A DNA stretch of 64,000 nucleotides from Chiloscyllium plagiosum (Eukaryota). Shown here piece by piece: positions 25,301 through 39,234 of this stretch (positions are counted from its first letter, which is position 1; the number at the start of each line of letters is the position of its first letter). The notes under the pieces were generated by a model. The model was not told the DNA's origin. It did not search any database and saw only the letters and a list, made by a program, of their open reading frames with translations. Where the stretch lies: assembly GCF_004010195.1 (NCBI RefSeq), contig NC_057734.1, forward strand, positions 26,824,999 to 26,888,998. The letters run 5' to 3'. The translations under genes and the position numbers were made by a program.

Positions 25301-27119
25301 CTTAATATAGATAGTTGACAATTTATTGATAGTTTATTGAGTTTAAGAAGCAGCAACAGTTTACAGATGATATATTAGTTAATTACATGAAGAAAGTATA
25401 CAATTGTGACAACTGGGCTGGATCACTGATATCAGAGGAGAAACTAACTTGGTGCAGAATATTTTGGTCTTATTAAAAAGGTGGGGGCAGCATCCTGATC
25501 TCTAGTTGAAGTGTTGGGGAAATTTTCTCTGGTTTTCTTTCTCCTCCCCTGCTCTATCTACCATCTGCTTAGTCAGGACTTCTTGATGAAAACTTCCCTC
25601 TGGGGACTGCCCAATGAGAGCTACTGCCTACCTGGTCTGCTTGATGAGAACTCCTCAAGAAGACACCTTTCTGCCCCTGGCACTTATTGTTGTATCATAT
25701 TTCTTGGGCAGGGAAGTTACACCATGTCAATCAATTCCCTAACCCCTTTTACTGACGGCCATGGGTCTCATTACATTGGATGGCCATTGTCCCCTTGCCC
25801 ACCTTCATCTGAGGGTTAGTTTACTATTCTTTTTAAGAACAAATACTTTGTATTTTTGAAATCAACACACTGATAATAGGGTGCATTTGGCACCAGACAA
25901 ATTATTGGCATTAGTTCAATGGGCAGTGTGACTTCTATATTTTTCATAATTCTTATGTTTGTTTTCATATGCTAGGATTTTGGCAAGTTAAATTCTGCTG
26001 TAATAGCTGTTAAATGAAATCTGTTGCCACACAGTAAATACTAGGAAAAAGTTTGTTTTTAAGGGCACCAATATTCAACACTTTTATATGTAATATCTCT
26101 CATAATAAAGGATAACATTTCATTAACTTTCTTAATGACTTGCTGTCCCTGAATATTAACTGTTTGTGACCTCATGTTCAACATGAAAACCAGACTTAGT
26201 GATTTTATTTGGTTATCAACCTGGTCAACCCATTTCACTTGGTGTTTAGAATTCCTAACTTTTGTTAGTATGTGTATTTTGTGCTTTAATTGTCTTCTTT
26301 CCCCTAGGTTGATAGGAAAAAATTGAGTAGGGTTTTCATTCAATAACTAGAAACTCCTACTGTCTTATGAGGATAAAATTTGTTTGACTTTAATGCACAG
26401 CGTATTGGATAAATTGTCTGTGCAACTGCATCACAAAGGGAGGTAAAGGAGGCAGAGAAAATTAGTGAAAAATATAAATAGCATTAACTTACATTGTGAT
26501 CTTATCGATTGACTCAAGTAGGTTGTGTGGCACAATGGGTAGAGTGACTGTCACTGAATGAGAAGCTCCACTTTCAAGTCTCAGGCCAGGTCTTGTGGCT
26601 AGGGAAGGTATGTTTGTAAAACAACCAAAGAGAATAAATATCACCCTGTAAATCTTCCCAACATACACAGTGACTGGGGGTAAAAGCAAGAGAAATTCCT
26701 GGTCAGCCATGTGCTACAAAGAAAATTGGAGCCTTCATCATCACCTTCTACAACTTGAGGCTATGACATCTATGTAAAACGTGCATGTTGCCACAGCAAC
26801 TCTGTCTCTCTGAATAAAGTGTAACACACAACCACACTGACTAATCTGATCCTTTGAAATAGCACAAATATATGTTTCAATCTTATCAGGTATTGTGCAA
26901 ATACAGTCTTTGCAATTGGTATCAAACTAGTGATGACTATCTCTTGACAACGTGACAATTGACAAGTTCACTCTGTGGGCAAAAATGTAATACTTGAAGC
27001 ATGATTTTTTTAAAGATTGTGTATGCCTAAATCCATTTTAATCTAGTCAAACCAAATGAAAATCTTGGACCTACTCTATATGTTACGTTTCTTTTGCAAG
27101 GATTCATATGACAATCTGT

Positions 27120-28140
27120 ATAGAACATAGAACAGTACAGCACAAGAACTGGTCCTTTGGCCTACCAGGTCTGTGCCAACCAGGGTGCCATTCTAAATTA
27201 ATCTCATCCACAAACATGGTCTGTATCCCTCTATTCCTTGGCTGCTTATTGGTCTATCTAAATGCCTCTTACACCTTGCAATAATTTCTGCATTTACCAT
27301 CTCCACTGGCAATGTAGTCTAGGTACTTCTGTATATAAAAACTTGCTTTGCATATCTCCTTTAAAAATTTTCCCCTCTTATCTTAAACTTCTCCCCTTGT
27401 TGTTAGACATTTTCACCCTAGGAAAGAGACTCTGACTATCCATCCTATCCATGTCTCTCATAATGCTATATACTTCTATCAGGTCACAATTCAAGTTTAT
27501 CCAACTTCTCCAAAGCCTCTACATTCTTCCTATAATGTGGGGACCAGAACTGAACACAGTACTCCAAAATGTGGGCTAACTGAAATTTTATGCCGCTGCA
27601 ACATGACGTTCCACTCAGTGCCCCAATTGGTGAAGGCAAGCATGTCTTATGCCTTCTTTACCACCTTATCCACTTATGTTGTCATTTTCAGGGAACTATG
27701 GACTTGCATTCCCAAGATCCCTCTGTATATCATACTCTTAATGGTCCTGCCATTCACTGTATATTTTCCTCTTGCACTTGATCACAATTCATCACCTCAC
27801 ACTTGTCCAGATTAAACTCCATCTGCCATTTCTCAGTCCAATTTTCCAACTGATCTATGTCCTGCCGTATCTTTCACAACTTTCCTCACTATCCAAGTCC
27901 ACCAATTTCATGTTGTCTGCCATCTTACAAATTTTACTAATTAGGCCACTTACATTTTGATCCAAATCATTTACATGCATTACAAACTAAAGAGCTACAG
28001 AGGTCCCAGCACTAATCCTTGTAGAACACCATGTATCATAGATCCTCAGTCAGAAAATTACCGCTCCACTACTACCCTCTATCTTCTATGACCAAGTCAG
28101 TTTTGTATCCAACTTACCAATTCATCATGGATTGTATGTA
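27120..28140 (-). mobile_element. CR1 LINE 3' portion
   Basis: Begins with the tail tagaacatagaacagtacagcacaagaactggtcctttggcc; degenerate RT coding sequence on the minus strand. Confidence 0.75.
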
Positions 28141-28869
28141 ACTTAATCATATTAAAACATAACATAAGTCACATTAAAAATTGATCAACTTCTTCCATTG
28201 CAAATTCTTGAATATATTATGACCAATGCCGATAAATAATTGTTGAAAGGACTTCAAATTCTATTTTGCAAACTTGGAAAAGAAGTACAAATGTGGACTT
28301 TCTGGGTCCAAGTGGAGTGGGAAGAATATTGTGAGGGGGGCCCTCATTGTGTGAGAGCCCAAATTCAGATTCCTAATGGTGAATTAAAGTTTGGTATGAT
28401 ATTAGAACAAGGTTTTGGGTGGGATGTTTCTGACAGTGATAGTCAGGCAGCTCTTTTGTATTCATTAGCCTGCCATGAATTCTCATTAAAAGCCCAGGTT
28501 GCCATTCTCAATCGCAATATTGCTAGTAATGAGTGAGAACTGTATGCCCGCAGAGAGCTGACTGTTTCATGATAAGGGGATATAAGATATAAAGCAGAGC
28601 TGGGGTAAAATTACAACTCTCAAAAGGTATTGAATGCATGGAATTCACAACCTCAGAGTGCATTGATGCTGGGACATTGAATAAATTTAAAGACATAGTT
28701 ATACAGAGTTTTGAAGGGTTGAAGAGCAGGCAGGAAAGTGGAGTTGTGGTTTAAGATGAAATCATTCAAAATGATATCAAATGATGGAGCAGGTTGGAGG
28801 GGTTGAAACACCTCTTCCTGCTCCTAGTTCTTAATTTCTTAGATATGAGATATAACTACAGGATCCTTA

Positions 28870-31430
28870 AGGGGAAGAGAGAGAGTAGCCAGACGTCGTG
28901 GGACACATTAGAACCAATGACATAGGTAGGGAAAGGAGGTGGACATGAAAAGAGAAAATAGGGAGGTAGGTTGGAAGCTAGAAGGCAAGATGAACAGAGT
29001 AGTAATCTCAGGGTTGCTACTGGTGCCACATGCTAATGAAGCTAGGAATAGAGAGGGAGTACAAATGAATACATGGCTGCAGGGCTGGTGTAGGAGAGAG
29101 GGCTGCAATTATTTAGATCATAGCGATATCTTCTGGGGAATGTGACACCTGTACAAGAGGGACGGGTTGCATCTGAACTGAAGGGGCACCAATGTTTTGG
29201 GCAGGAGGTTTGCTAGATCCCTTCAAGAGGGTTTAAACTAGTTTGGCAGGGGTTGGGAACCTGAGCTTTGGATCAGATGATGGAATAAGTAGTGAACAGC
29301 CAGATACAGCATGCAGAGAGTCTGTGAGGGAGGAAGGATAGACAGTTGGTAGGGCAAAGGTGCAGTCAATGTGATGGGTTGAAGTGTGTCTATTTTAATG
29401 CAAGAAGTATCAGGAATAAGGGTGATGAACTTAGAGCATGGATCAGCACTTGATGTGGAGGGTGGCAAATGGATGATGTGGCCATCACAGAGACTTGGAT
29501 ATCACAAGAGGAAGAAATGGTTGTTGGATTTTCCAGGGTTTAGATGTTTCGAAAGGTATGGGGGGAGGGAGAGTAAAAAAGGTGAAAGTGTGGCATTGCT
29601 AATCAGGGATAGTATCACAGCTGTAGGAAGGGAGATTGTTGAGGAGGGTTTATCAATATGGGTGTAAGTCAGAAACAGGAAAGGAGGAGTCACTTTATTG
29701 GAAGTTGTCTACAGGCCCCCCAAAAGCAGCAGAGACATGGAGAAGCAGATTGGGATGCAGATTTTGGAAAGGTGCAGAAGTAACAGGGTAATTGTCATGG
29801 GTGACTTTAATTTTCCTAATATTGATTGGAACCTCTTTAGTTCAAATAGTTTGGATGGAACAGTTTTCATCAAGTGTGTCCTGGAAGGGTTCCTGACACA
29901 AAATGTAAATAGGCTGACTAGAAGGAATGCCATATTGAATTTGGTGCTTGTCAATGAACCATGCCAGGTGTCAGATCTCTCAGTGGGAGAGCCTTTGGTT
30001 ATAGTGATCACAACTCCCTGACCTTTACTGTAGTCACAGACAGGGATAGGAACAAACAGTATGGGAAAGTATTTAATTGGGAGAGGGGGAATTACAATGC
30101 TATTGCACAGGAACTGGGGCACCTAAATTGGGAACAGATGTTCTCAGGGAAATGCACAACAGAAATTTGGAGGTTGTTTAGGAAGCACTTGCTGATAGTG
30201 CAGGATAGGTTTGTCCTATTGAGGCAAGGAAGGGATAGTAGGTTGAAAGAATCTTGGGTAACAAGAGATGTAGAACATTTAGTCAAGAGTAAGGAAGCTT
30301 ACTTAAGGTTGAGGAGGGCTTTAGAGGGTTACAGTGTAGCTAGGAAGAAACTGAAGAATGGACTGAGGAAAACCCTAAGGTGTTCTACACTCAAGTAAGG
30401 ATCAAAAGGATGACCAGAGTGAGGGTAAGGCCGATCTGGGATGGTGGAGGGAACTTGCATCTGGAGTTGGAGGAAGTAGTCCTTAATGAACGCTTTGCTT
30501 CCATATTCACTACTGAAAGGGATTTTGACATTTCTCAGGACAGCATGAAATAGACTGATATGCTAGAACAAGTTGATGTTAGGAAGGAGAATATGCTGAA
30601 AGTTATAAGAAGCAAGGGAAGAATTTGCTTCATCTTTGGCAATGATCTTTGTGATCTCACTGTCCACTGGAGTAGTGCTAGATGATTGGAGGGTGGCAAA
30701 TGTTATTCTCTTGTTTAAGAAAGGGAATAGAGATAAGGCAGGATTCTTGGCAGTGTGAAGGAACAGAGGGATCTTGGGGTCCATGTCCAAAGATTCCTCA
30801 AAGTTGCCACCCAAGTTGATAGGGTTGTTAAGAAGATGTATGGTGTGTTGGCTTTCATTAGCAGGGGGATTGAGTTTAAGAGCCGCGAGGTTATGCTGCA
30901 GCTCTATAAAGCCCTGGTTGAACGACACTTGGGAATATTGTGTTCAGTTCTGCTTGCCTCATTATAGAAAAGATGTGGAAACTTTAGAGAAGGTGCAGAG
31001 GAGATTTACCAGGATGCTGCTTGGACTGGAGGGCATGTCTTATGAAGAAAGAGGGAGCCAGGGATTTTCTCTCTGAAGCGAAGAAGGATGAGAGGTGACT
31101 TGATAGAGGTATGGAAGATGATGAGAGGCATAGAGTGGATGGCCAGAGACTTTTTCTATTGGAAATGTTTATCACAAGGGGACATAATGTAAAGGTAATT
31201 GGAAGAAGGTTTAGGAGAGATGTCAGAGGTGGATTCTTTACACAGAGAATGGTGTGTGTGTGGAATGCACGGCCAGTAGTGGCAGTAGTGTCAGATACAT
31301 TAGGGACATTTAAGCAACTCTTGGAATAGGCACATGGAAGATAGGTTAGTCTGATCTTGGCGTAGGATAAAAGGCCTACACAACCTCAGGGCCAAAGGGC
31401 CTGTACTGTGCTGTACTGTTCCCTGTTCTA
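28870..31430 (+). mobile_element. CR1 LINE with ORF1 esterase remnant, endonuclease and internally deleted RT
   Basis: RVVISGLLLVPHANEARN...MNTWLQGWCRREG (SGNH-esterase ORF1), VVYRPP...VMGDFNFPNIDW (APE endonuclease), EQRDLGVHV...EYCVQFC.PHYRKDV, 3' tail gggcctgtactgtgctgtactgttc. Confidence 0.9.
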
Positions 31431-34400
31431 TAAGTACAGGGAACTTATGCTTCTTAGTGAGGCATTTCAATTGATAGACAATGATTCAGCATGGGTGTAC
31501 CAGTGTTTGTTTAATGTGTAATGGAGGCAGCCTGTCCAGGAAAAGGAGACTGTCCAAAGAAGGCAGAGAGATGGGCTGACAACAAGAATGATGTTTGAAG
31601 CAGGTGGGCTGCAATGATGGAGCTAAACATGGTTTCAGGCAGGCCTTGGGACTAAAGGTCATGATAATTTGGGTCAACAAGAGGTTCAGGTGGAATGGAC
31701 ACAGCAATTGGAAGGCTAAAGAGCTGATTACAGTGACAGGAGTCACATATTAACAGCAGGAAATGAGGGAAAAGAAACAGGTAAAATGGGTAAGGGGTGT
31801 TGTCAGGTTAGGCTGGGAATGGGGATCATGAAAATGTGGGCTCAAGAAAAAGGGCAGGCAGATCAAGGAAAGGGCAAATGGGTTCACCATGACAGGGGGA
31901 GCGTGAAGGTTGGTAGAAACCAAGAAAAGGCAATACACTCACACTTGCTTAACGACTGAATGCTGTAATAAGGTGTTCAGGACAGCTCAAAGTTTCCCAT
32001 ATTCTGACCCCTCATAGAGATCCCAAATGGGTTAGGTGACCATTGAGCGGTGAGCTAAAGGGTATCTTTCACTCAGCAACATTCGGAGTGAGGTAGTGGG
32101 GGGTGACAACGGTGGTGTTAGTCATGAAAAACTGGACAGTAATTTTCACTGCCCTGGGTGGCTGAAACTGAATGAAATGGAAATAGAGGCAATATAAATG
32201 CTGTATACAGGGGTCTCACGGGGAACAATGTAGACCACCAAGAGTAAGAGTGAGCTCAGTCACATGCATAGGTTGCAGTGTAATGCTCAAGGATACAGGT
32301 TCCTTGCACATGACTAGAGAGGATATGGTTCAGGCAGGATGGGCCTCACCATGGTGGGGTTGGGTGCAGGACAGGATTTAACTCAAGATATGAACAGATT
32401 GGTAGGAGCAGCCCAAAGGATATAACGATGAGGAGGAAGATATAAAGGATAGCAGTCTCTAATAAAATATCTTCACAGGTATCTGTTCACAAATCCATCT
32501 TTTCATTCAAAATGTTTGGCCAGGTCAACTTGTTGGCTTCTGTTCCTCAGGCTCATTGACCCAAAGAGAGGCCCAAGTGCAAGAAGTGGTCAATTGAACT
32601 AATAAGCCAAAGGCAATGGCAGAGGTAGTTCAGATGACTGAGGACACCACCACTTCCATCTGCCATGACCTGTTGAAGATGAGCTGCATGTAATGGGAGG
32701 CAACACTGTGCCTGTGGTAGAATAGATCACTGCAGCATTAAACATCCTCATGACTAACATAATTTAAGGCACAACTGGAGACTAAGGTGACTCTCAATCA
32801 GCCACCCTCAAGTCCATTTTTGAATTTGTAAATGCAGTGCACCATGGACCCAGAGAGCCAAGCTGCAGAATTTGTGGCCTTTGTCGGGTTCCCTCAGGTC
32901 CAAGAGTCAACATCTAGTGTTCAGAGCGTCATCCAGCCAGATTCACTTCCAGAAAGGCATTGCACTCTCGCTGTCCAACTCATGTCTGCTCACAAGTGAC
33001 AATTCTTGCATGTTTGCACATGGTGTCCAGGGAGTTGTCACAACTCTTACATTCTGTACAACGCCTAGGTTTGATGAATATTCACTCCTCCATATCATCC
33101 CTAGGGCTGGCTTGTGGGTAGCAAGTATATCCCTAGAAAATGTGTCTAAGGAGCCTCATCTGGAACCCACAAATTAAATGCTAAATAGCTATACAGTTCT
33201 ATCCTTGCAATAGCAAGGACCATCACTTAATAAACAGGTGATCTACTGAAGATGAGTTTCTGTTATCTAGATCGATCGAGCAGTGCATATCAATACTGGC
33301 CAGTCCATATCTCCAGAAATGTAATTATTTGCACATGCTTTGAGGTACAACAATGGAATGATGACTATACAAGAGACTGAGATGGACCAGCTACATATCT
33401 CCACAGATGAGGATGGAGGAAAGTTTGATGGAGATGCTGTTGATGAAACCAAGGCAGTAGTGAGACACAGCTATCAGATCCAGTAGCAGTATCCCATGTG
33501 CAGACTGAAATGAAGGCCAGGAGTGGATTTTTAAAGTCTCTCTAGTGTTAAATCTTGGTTGCCTCCATGGAATGGACAGTGCCACCATGATGGACGAGGT
33601 CCAGAAAAACACTTGGTTAGACTCAAGGCAGAATAACTTTTCAGAAATACATGAAAACACTTGGAGCTATGAACCCATAATGGCTGAGAGGTGGTACTAG
33701 TGCTTATCCATAATGGTCATTAGTTTGAATCTAAAAAGGAGTTAGATATAGTTCTTAAGGCTAAAGGGCTCAAAGAGTATGAGGTGAAAGTGGGAACAGG
33801 GTACTGTAAAGAATGATCAGGTGTGATAAAATCGAATGGCAAAGTAGGTTCTAAGAACCAAAAGGCCTCCTCCTGTTCCTATTTTCTGTGTTTCTTTTTT
33901 TTCTAATCAATAGAGGTGATTTTCTTTTTAGCCTTATGTCAGGGACTTCCAACTCTGTTTCTGGGCTATGAGGCAGTTATGCAGGAATACATAGATGCTG
34001 CACATACATTCCTCAATTAGCAGTTTATAAGTGGCATTAATCTATTGCAGAATATAGGAGGCACTATTCTGTGCTCATTTTGCTCCATACTCACAAATGT
34101 AAATAAAGGTTGCAGTTTCCAGAAATCATGTTCCTCCAAGATCCTTTAAGTGCCCTGGGCACAGTTCCACATGATGCACATGTAATCCCCTTTGAAGGAT
34201 CAACAACCTTCAGTGTTGGCTTAAAAGAAACAGGTACTATGAGACATTCTATGAGTTAGAATCACACAGCATTAATGTAGTAAAAATGTTATTTGTTCCT
34301 AAAACAGTCTGATTGGCATTACACTGATACACATGTATGTGTATCCAAAATGGGTTTCAATGTTCTTTAATCTTTCTTGTCCTATAAGTATATATCCTAG

Positions 34401-35875
34401 TGCTCTACCCAGTGCTGATCTGGCAGAAACCTGCTGACTATTGTGTTGGGTTGTTCGAGAAACATTGATGGACATCCTCTGGTGGTCTGGGGTCTAGAGG
34501 GCCCAGATGATCACCTGCACCAATTTCTGCTCCTGACCTGCTGTAGATGATGCAGTCACTGGCAGAGATAGCATGGCAAGGCTATGGTGGGATTGGAATT
34601 CCTGGATGCCTAGTTGTCTCTGCTCCTCCCTGTTGGTGCACATTTGCACCTCCCTCACCCCTTGAGTGGATGAATGAGGGAGATCAAAGCCCCTCAATCC
34701 CCTTGAATGAATGCATCCAATGCTTGTTTAGTGATGGAGTGAGGGTCCATGTATTTCCAGCAGATACTCATTGTTCTGCTAGATCTACTTTTCTGTGGTG
34801 GCACTGCCCATTCTACCAGGCAGACTTAGAGAGGCAGCTCCATCCTGTGGTCCAGTCTGTGTTTGGCTTTGTGCTGGAGTTGCAGAGAAATGATTCCAAT
34901 CCAGCAACATGTGGAGGCTTTGCAGATGAAAAATCCAAACCAATCATCACATCAAGGTCTCACACTCTCAGCTGGTTCATCAGGATTTGAATATTATTAA
35001 TATTGGTGTGATGTTAAAAGTGAATGATCTGCAGGTGAGGCAGTCAAACCAAATATCCCATCCAGATCTGACAGAGTCAGCCAATTTATTGTAACCTGAA
35101 TATCATTAAATTTTAAACATGGAACCAAAACCCACCATTGATGGGGGAAGAAACTGTCACACACTGTGCGTGGATAAGGCTTCAAATGACCTGGAGCCCA
35201 GAATCAGGAGACACTCACGCTGAATAAAGGGAAGGCCATTTAGGACAGAGATGTTTTTTTCTACATGGGAATTGGGATAGGTCAATGCTTGCAGTGTGAT
35301 ACAAATTTTCAGTGAATTGGCAATCAGTCTTTACTTTCCATTGAATTTGAAAACGTTACTTCTTTTTAAATTTTACTCCACATGCAGCTGACAGAAAACA
35401 AGTTTCCAAAACTAAAAATCAATGAGCATTCTGTCAAATTCAGTGGCAAAGAGAATAGGAAGAGAGAACAGTCAAACATCAGGGGCTCTTGTGGGGCAGT
35501 GGTTGTGTCCCTACTTCTGTACCAGGTGATCCTGTGTTCAAGTCTCACCTGTCCTGGAGGTGTGTAATCACGGCGATGAGCAAAGTGTAAAAGTCCATTG
35601 TCAAATTCTACATGAAGCATTTTCACGTGGACTACTTCCACTCCCATTCAGTATAATGTTCAAACTTCTCATCATTCAGTACTTGACAGTCATTTGTAAA
35701 ACCTAAATATACTTTAATGGGTCTGGACAACTTAGCTGTAAATGCATGTTTATGGTTTTCAAGAAGTATTGCTGGTAATTTGAAAATGCGACTCATTTAT
35801 ACCATGAAGCAAAAACAGAAATTGCTGGAAAAAAACTCAGCAACCCTGGCAGCATCTGTAGAGAGAAATCAGAAT

Positions 35876-35904
35876 TAACGTTTCGAGTCCAGTCTCTTCC
35901 TCAG
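35876..35904 (-). ncRNA. Hammerhead-like core within a short Penelope-type repeat (~35805-35907) upstream of GPCR copy A
   Basis: Minus strand CTGAGGA-A-GAG-actgga-CTC-GAAACGTTA. Confidence 0.45.
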
Positions 35905-36056
35905 AATCCTTATATTCTGCCTGAATTGGGCCGTCACCTTCAATTAGTGATGTAACACGGAAAGGTACTATATGTAAGGTTGGTCATCATTCGATTCGTT
36001 AACTCGTTGTGACTCGTTAACTCAGTGTGACTGAGTTGACCGCAATACTACCTGCA

Positions 36057-36973
36057 ATGGACAACTGGAATTCGACGTGTGATTTAGTCAAAGATGTTAA
36101 TGCATCCTACAATCCACCTATAATTATTATAACCTTCGTCCTCGGATTTGTTGGAAACGTCGTTGCTTTATGGATCTTCAGTTTTCATGTGAAATCCTGG
36201 AAACCAAACACAGTTTATTTACTGAATCTGGCGATTGCAGACACTCTATTAATCTGCTGTTTACCGTTTCGAGCAGATTACTTTATCCGGGGGAAGAATT
36301 GGATTTATGGTGATATTCTTTGTCATCTGAAAGTATTTTTGATTTACCTAAACCGGGTAGGAAGCATCATGTTCCTCACAGCGATGGCGATCGATCGGTA
36401 TTTTAAAGTGGTCCACCCTCACTACAGGGTGAATACGATGTCTACAAGGTGTGCAGTGAAGGTAGCCGGCAGCTTGTAGATTCTGGCCGTGGCAATCTGC
36501 TCTCATCTTTTAGCAGAACCTCGCTCCTTCGAGCACGACGACCTGACATACTGTGAACCATTTGACATATCGCAGCCACTACGCCCGACAGCAATTTGGA
36601 CCGATACTGTTTTTATTCTTTTCAAGTTTGCTATCCCGGCTCCGATTATCCTCTTCTCCACGTCCTGCATCATCTGGAAGTTAAAACAGATAAAAATTGA
36701 GTTGAGAAGTAAATACAAAAGAGCGATGAAGCTTGTGATCGCTGTGGCTGCAGTGTTTGTGCTTTGTTTCTTACCCACAAACATTGCTGTTATTGCTGTG
36801 TTAATCACGAAACTAAGAGGCGCTAAAGGCTGTAAATCATATGAGACAGCTGTTCATGTCTTTTATAATACACTATTTATGACAAATCTGAACAGTGTCC
36901 TGGATCCAGTTATTTACTACTTTTCAAGTTCGACATTCAAAAATGCTTTAATGAAAGCAGTTACTTCTCTGAA
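36057..36973 (+). pseudogene. HCAR/OXER1-family GPCR copy A; in-frame stop in TM4, 3' end lost in the gap
   Basis: 7TM class A motifs GN, NLAIAD, DRY, CFLP, LDPVIY; codon 36477-36479 is TAG where paralogs have TGG (W4.50); frame otherwise continuous to the N gap. Confidence 0.88.
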
Positions 36974-37304
36974 NNNNNNNNNNNNNNNNNNNNNNNNNNN
37001 NNNNNNNNNNNNNNNNNNNNNNNNNNNNNNNNNNNNNNNNNNNNNNNNNNNNNNNNNNNNNNNNNNNNNNNNNNNNNNNNNNNNNNNNNNNNNNNNNNNN
37101 NNNNNNNNNNNNNNNNNNNNNNNNNNNNNNNNNNNNNNNNNNNNNNNNNNNNNNNNNNNNNNNNNNNNNNNNNNNNNNNNNNNNNNNNNNNNNNNNNNNN
37201 NNNNNNNNNNNNNNNNNNNNNNNNNNNNNNNNNNNNNNNNNNNNNNNNNNNNNNNNNNNNNNNNNNNNNNNNNNNNNNNNNNNNNNNNNNNNNNNNNNNN
37301 NNNN
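36974..37304. other. Assembly gap (331 N)
   Basis: Run of N between two convergent GPCR copies. Confidence 1.
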
Positions 37305-37647
37305 GAGAAGTAACTGCTTTCATTAAAGCATTTTTGAATGTCGAACTTGAAAAGTAGTAAATAACTGGATCCAGGACACTGTTCAGATATGTCATAAATA
37401 GTGTATTATAAAAGACATGAACAGCTGTCTCATATGATTTACAGCCTTTAGCGCCTCTTAGTTTCGTGATTAACACAGCAATAACAGCAATGTTTGTGGG
37501 TAAGAAACAAAGCACAAACACTGCAGCCACAGCGATCACAAGCTTCATCGCTCTTTTATATTTACTCCTTGATTTAGTTTTTATCTGTTTTAACTTCCAG
37601 ATGATGCAGGACGTGGAGAAGAGGATAATCGGAGCCGGGATAGCAAA
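37305..37647 (-). pseudogene. HCAR/OXER1-family GPCR copy B; TM5-TM7 fragment only
   Basis: Reverse complement encodes FAIPAPIILFS...KQIKTKSRSKYKRAMKLV...MTYLNSVLDPVIYYFSS; homology stops at 37647. Confidence 0.85.
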
Positions 37648-37657
37648 AAGATACTTT

Positions 37658-37793
37658 CTGAATTCCTGAAGAAGGGCTTATGCCCGAATCGTCGATTCTC
37701 CTGCTCCTTGGATGCTGCCTGACCTGCTGCGCTTTTCCAGCAACACATTTTTCAGCTCTGATCTCCAGCATCTGCAGTCCTCACTTTCTCCTC
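37658..37793 (+). mobile_element. Solo Penelope-type terminal repeat with hammerhead core (37666-37693, GAAA mutated to GAAT)
   Basis: ctgaagaagggcttatgcccgaatcgtc...ctcactttctcct; flanked by gcaaaaagatacttt (37643-37657) and gcaaaaatatacttt (37794-37808). Confidence 0.8.
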
Positions 37794-38654
37794 GCAAAAA
37801 TATACTTTGTCGAATTTTTTTGTCTTGCACTCCTCTGGGCTATTCACAAGAATGTCAGTTTAAGGCATTTGCTTTGATAAGAACAAAAGAAAGGATGAGT
37901 TTGATGCGATTTGTGACCCTGACATTTACACTGATATGCAGTCGTTTTGAGTTTGGATGTATCCCTATGAAACCGGGAGCATACTTGAACAAGACATTGA
38001 ATGCATTTTGAGGTGTAACGTCCAGGTTGCACCCACAGAAGAAACTACAGACCATAGCTAACTTCTTGTCTCACTTCATTCAATTTTCCCACAATCCCTT
38101 CTAACACTCTGCAATAGTTTGCTCTTCTGGGCGTACTTGGTGCCTGCCAACGCCACCCTCTCACAGGCTGAGGTATTACATCCCAATCTTTTTATCTACA
38201 GTAAGTTCCAGAGTAGTAAACCAGGTGAATTAATTCTTGGACTTGATTATGTCAAGTTCTAGTAAATGTTTTGAGATAACCTGACTTCATATTTTTGCGT
38301 TTTATACCAACTGAAGTTTAGTTACAGAAAATATGAAGTCAACTTGATCGATAACACGTATTGGGCCTAATATGGTGCACAGCAATCAGAACCGGGAGCC
38401 TATTCGGTTTCTCTTTGCTATGCTTTAAATAATGCTTGGGTAATGTTTACTTTTGCTGCTATTGTCTACAGTTAATTAGAATAAAAAAAATTATTTTGAT
38501 TTGAGGAATGGGGTTTGGTTAAGTGAACCTTTGTGGAAGTGGGTCAGTAATTCTGGAAATTTCCCTTGGGTTATAGACGTTAATCAATACGTACATGAAC
38601 CAACAGTCCGTAGAAAACATAGTTTGCATAAAAGACTTTACTGAGCCTTTGGCC

Positions 38655-38930
38655 GGCGGCATAGTGGTTCAGTACTTAGCACTTGTGACTCATAATACTG
38701 GTCATCCAGGTTCAGTCCCAACAGTGGGTGACTATCTGTGTGGAGTTCGCACGTTCTTCCTATGTTTCTGTAGATTTCCGCTGGCTGCTGCGGTTTCATT
38801 CCTCAGGCTGAAGATGTTCAAGTATGCTAAATTATGTATGTGTTAGGTGGATTAACCATGGTAAATGCGAGGGGCTATGGGGAAAACCCAATGGCCCGTA
38901 TCGTCTCTTCCTGCACCGTAGGGTTTCAAT
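38655..38930 (+). mobile_element. tRNA-derived V-SINE (HE1-like)
   Basis: ggcatagtggttcagtacttagc A-box, ggttcagtccc B-box, gactatctgtgtggagttcgcacgttcttcc V-domain. Confidence 0.7.
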
Positions 38931-39234
38931 TCTGTTGAGTTGCTTCCTTGAAAATCTATTTGGGCAAATTACTTCTTTCATTTTTTCCCCCTCTTTCCCC
39001 CAGTCAGATTCAACTCACAAAGAACTCACGTTTGTACACCTTACAAGAACTTTGTGTGTTCAGAAGCAAGTTACATCCAACTGTTAGCTCAAACGCATTT
39101 CCATATTCGTTCTCATCAGCTCCTTTCGAGGGTCACTTTCCTAATTCATGGAGATAAAATTTGACAGCGAACATGAAATGCAAGTGTCTAACAAATTAGG
39201 TTAAATCTTCACAGTGAAGACATGAGGCAAATGG

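Noticed and set aside
31480-35200. Possible very old DNA-transposon (PIF/Harbinger-like) debris
   Set aside because: Only vague compositional resemblance; no catalytic motif or TIR could be read.
36974-37304. Idea that copy B is purely an assembly mirror of copy A
   Set aside because: B has private substitutions (IKTKSR, Tyr7.43) absent from A, so it is a distinct sequence; orientation across the gap is still unverified.
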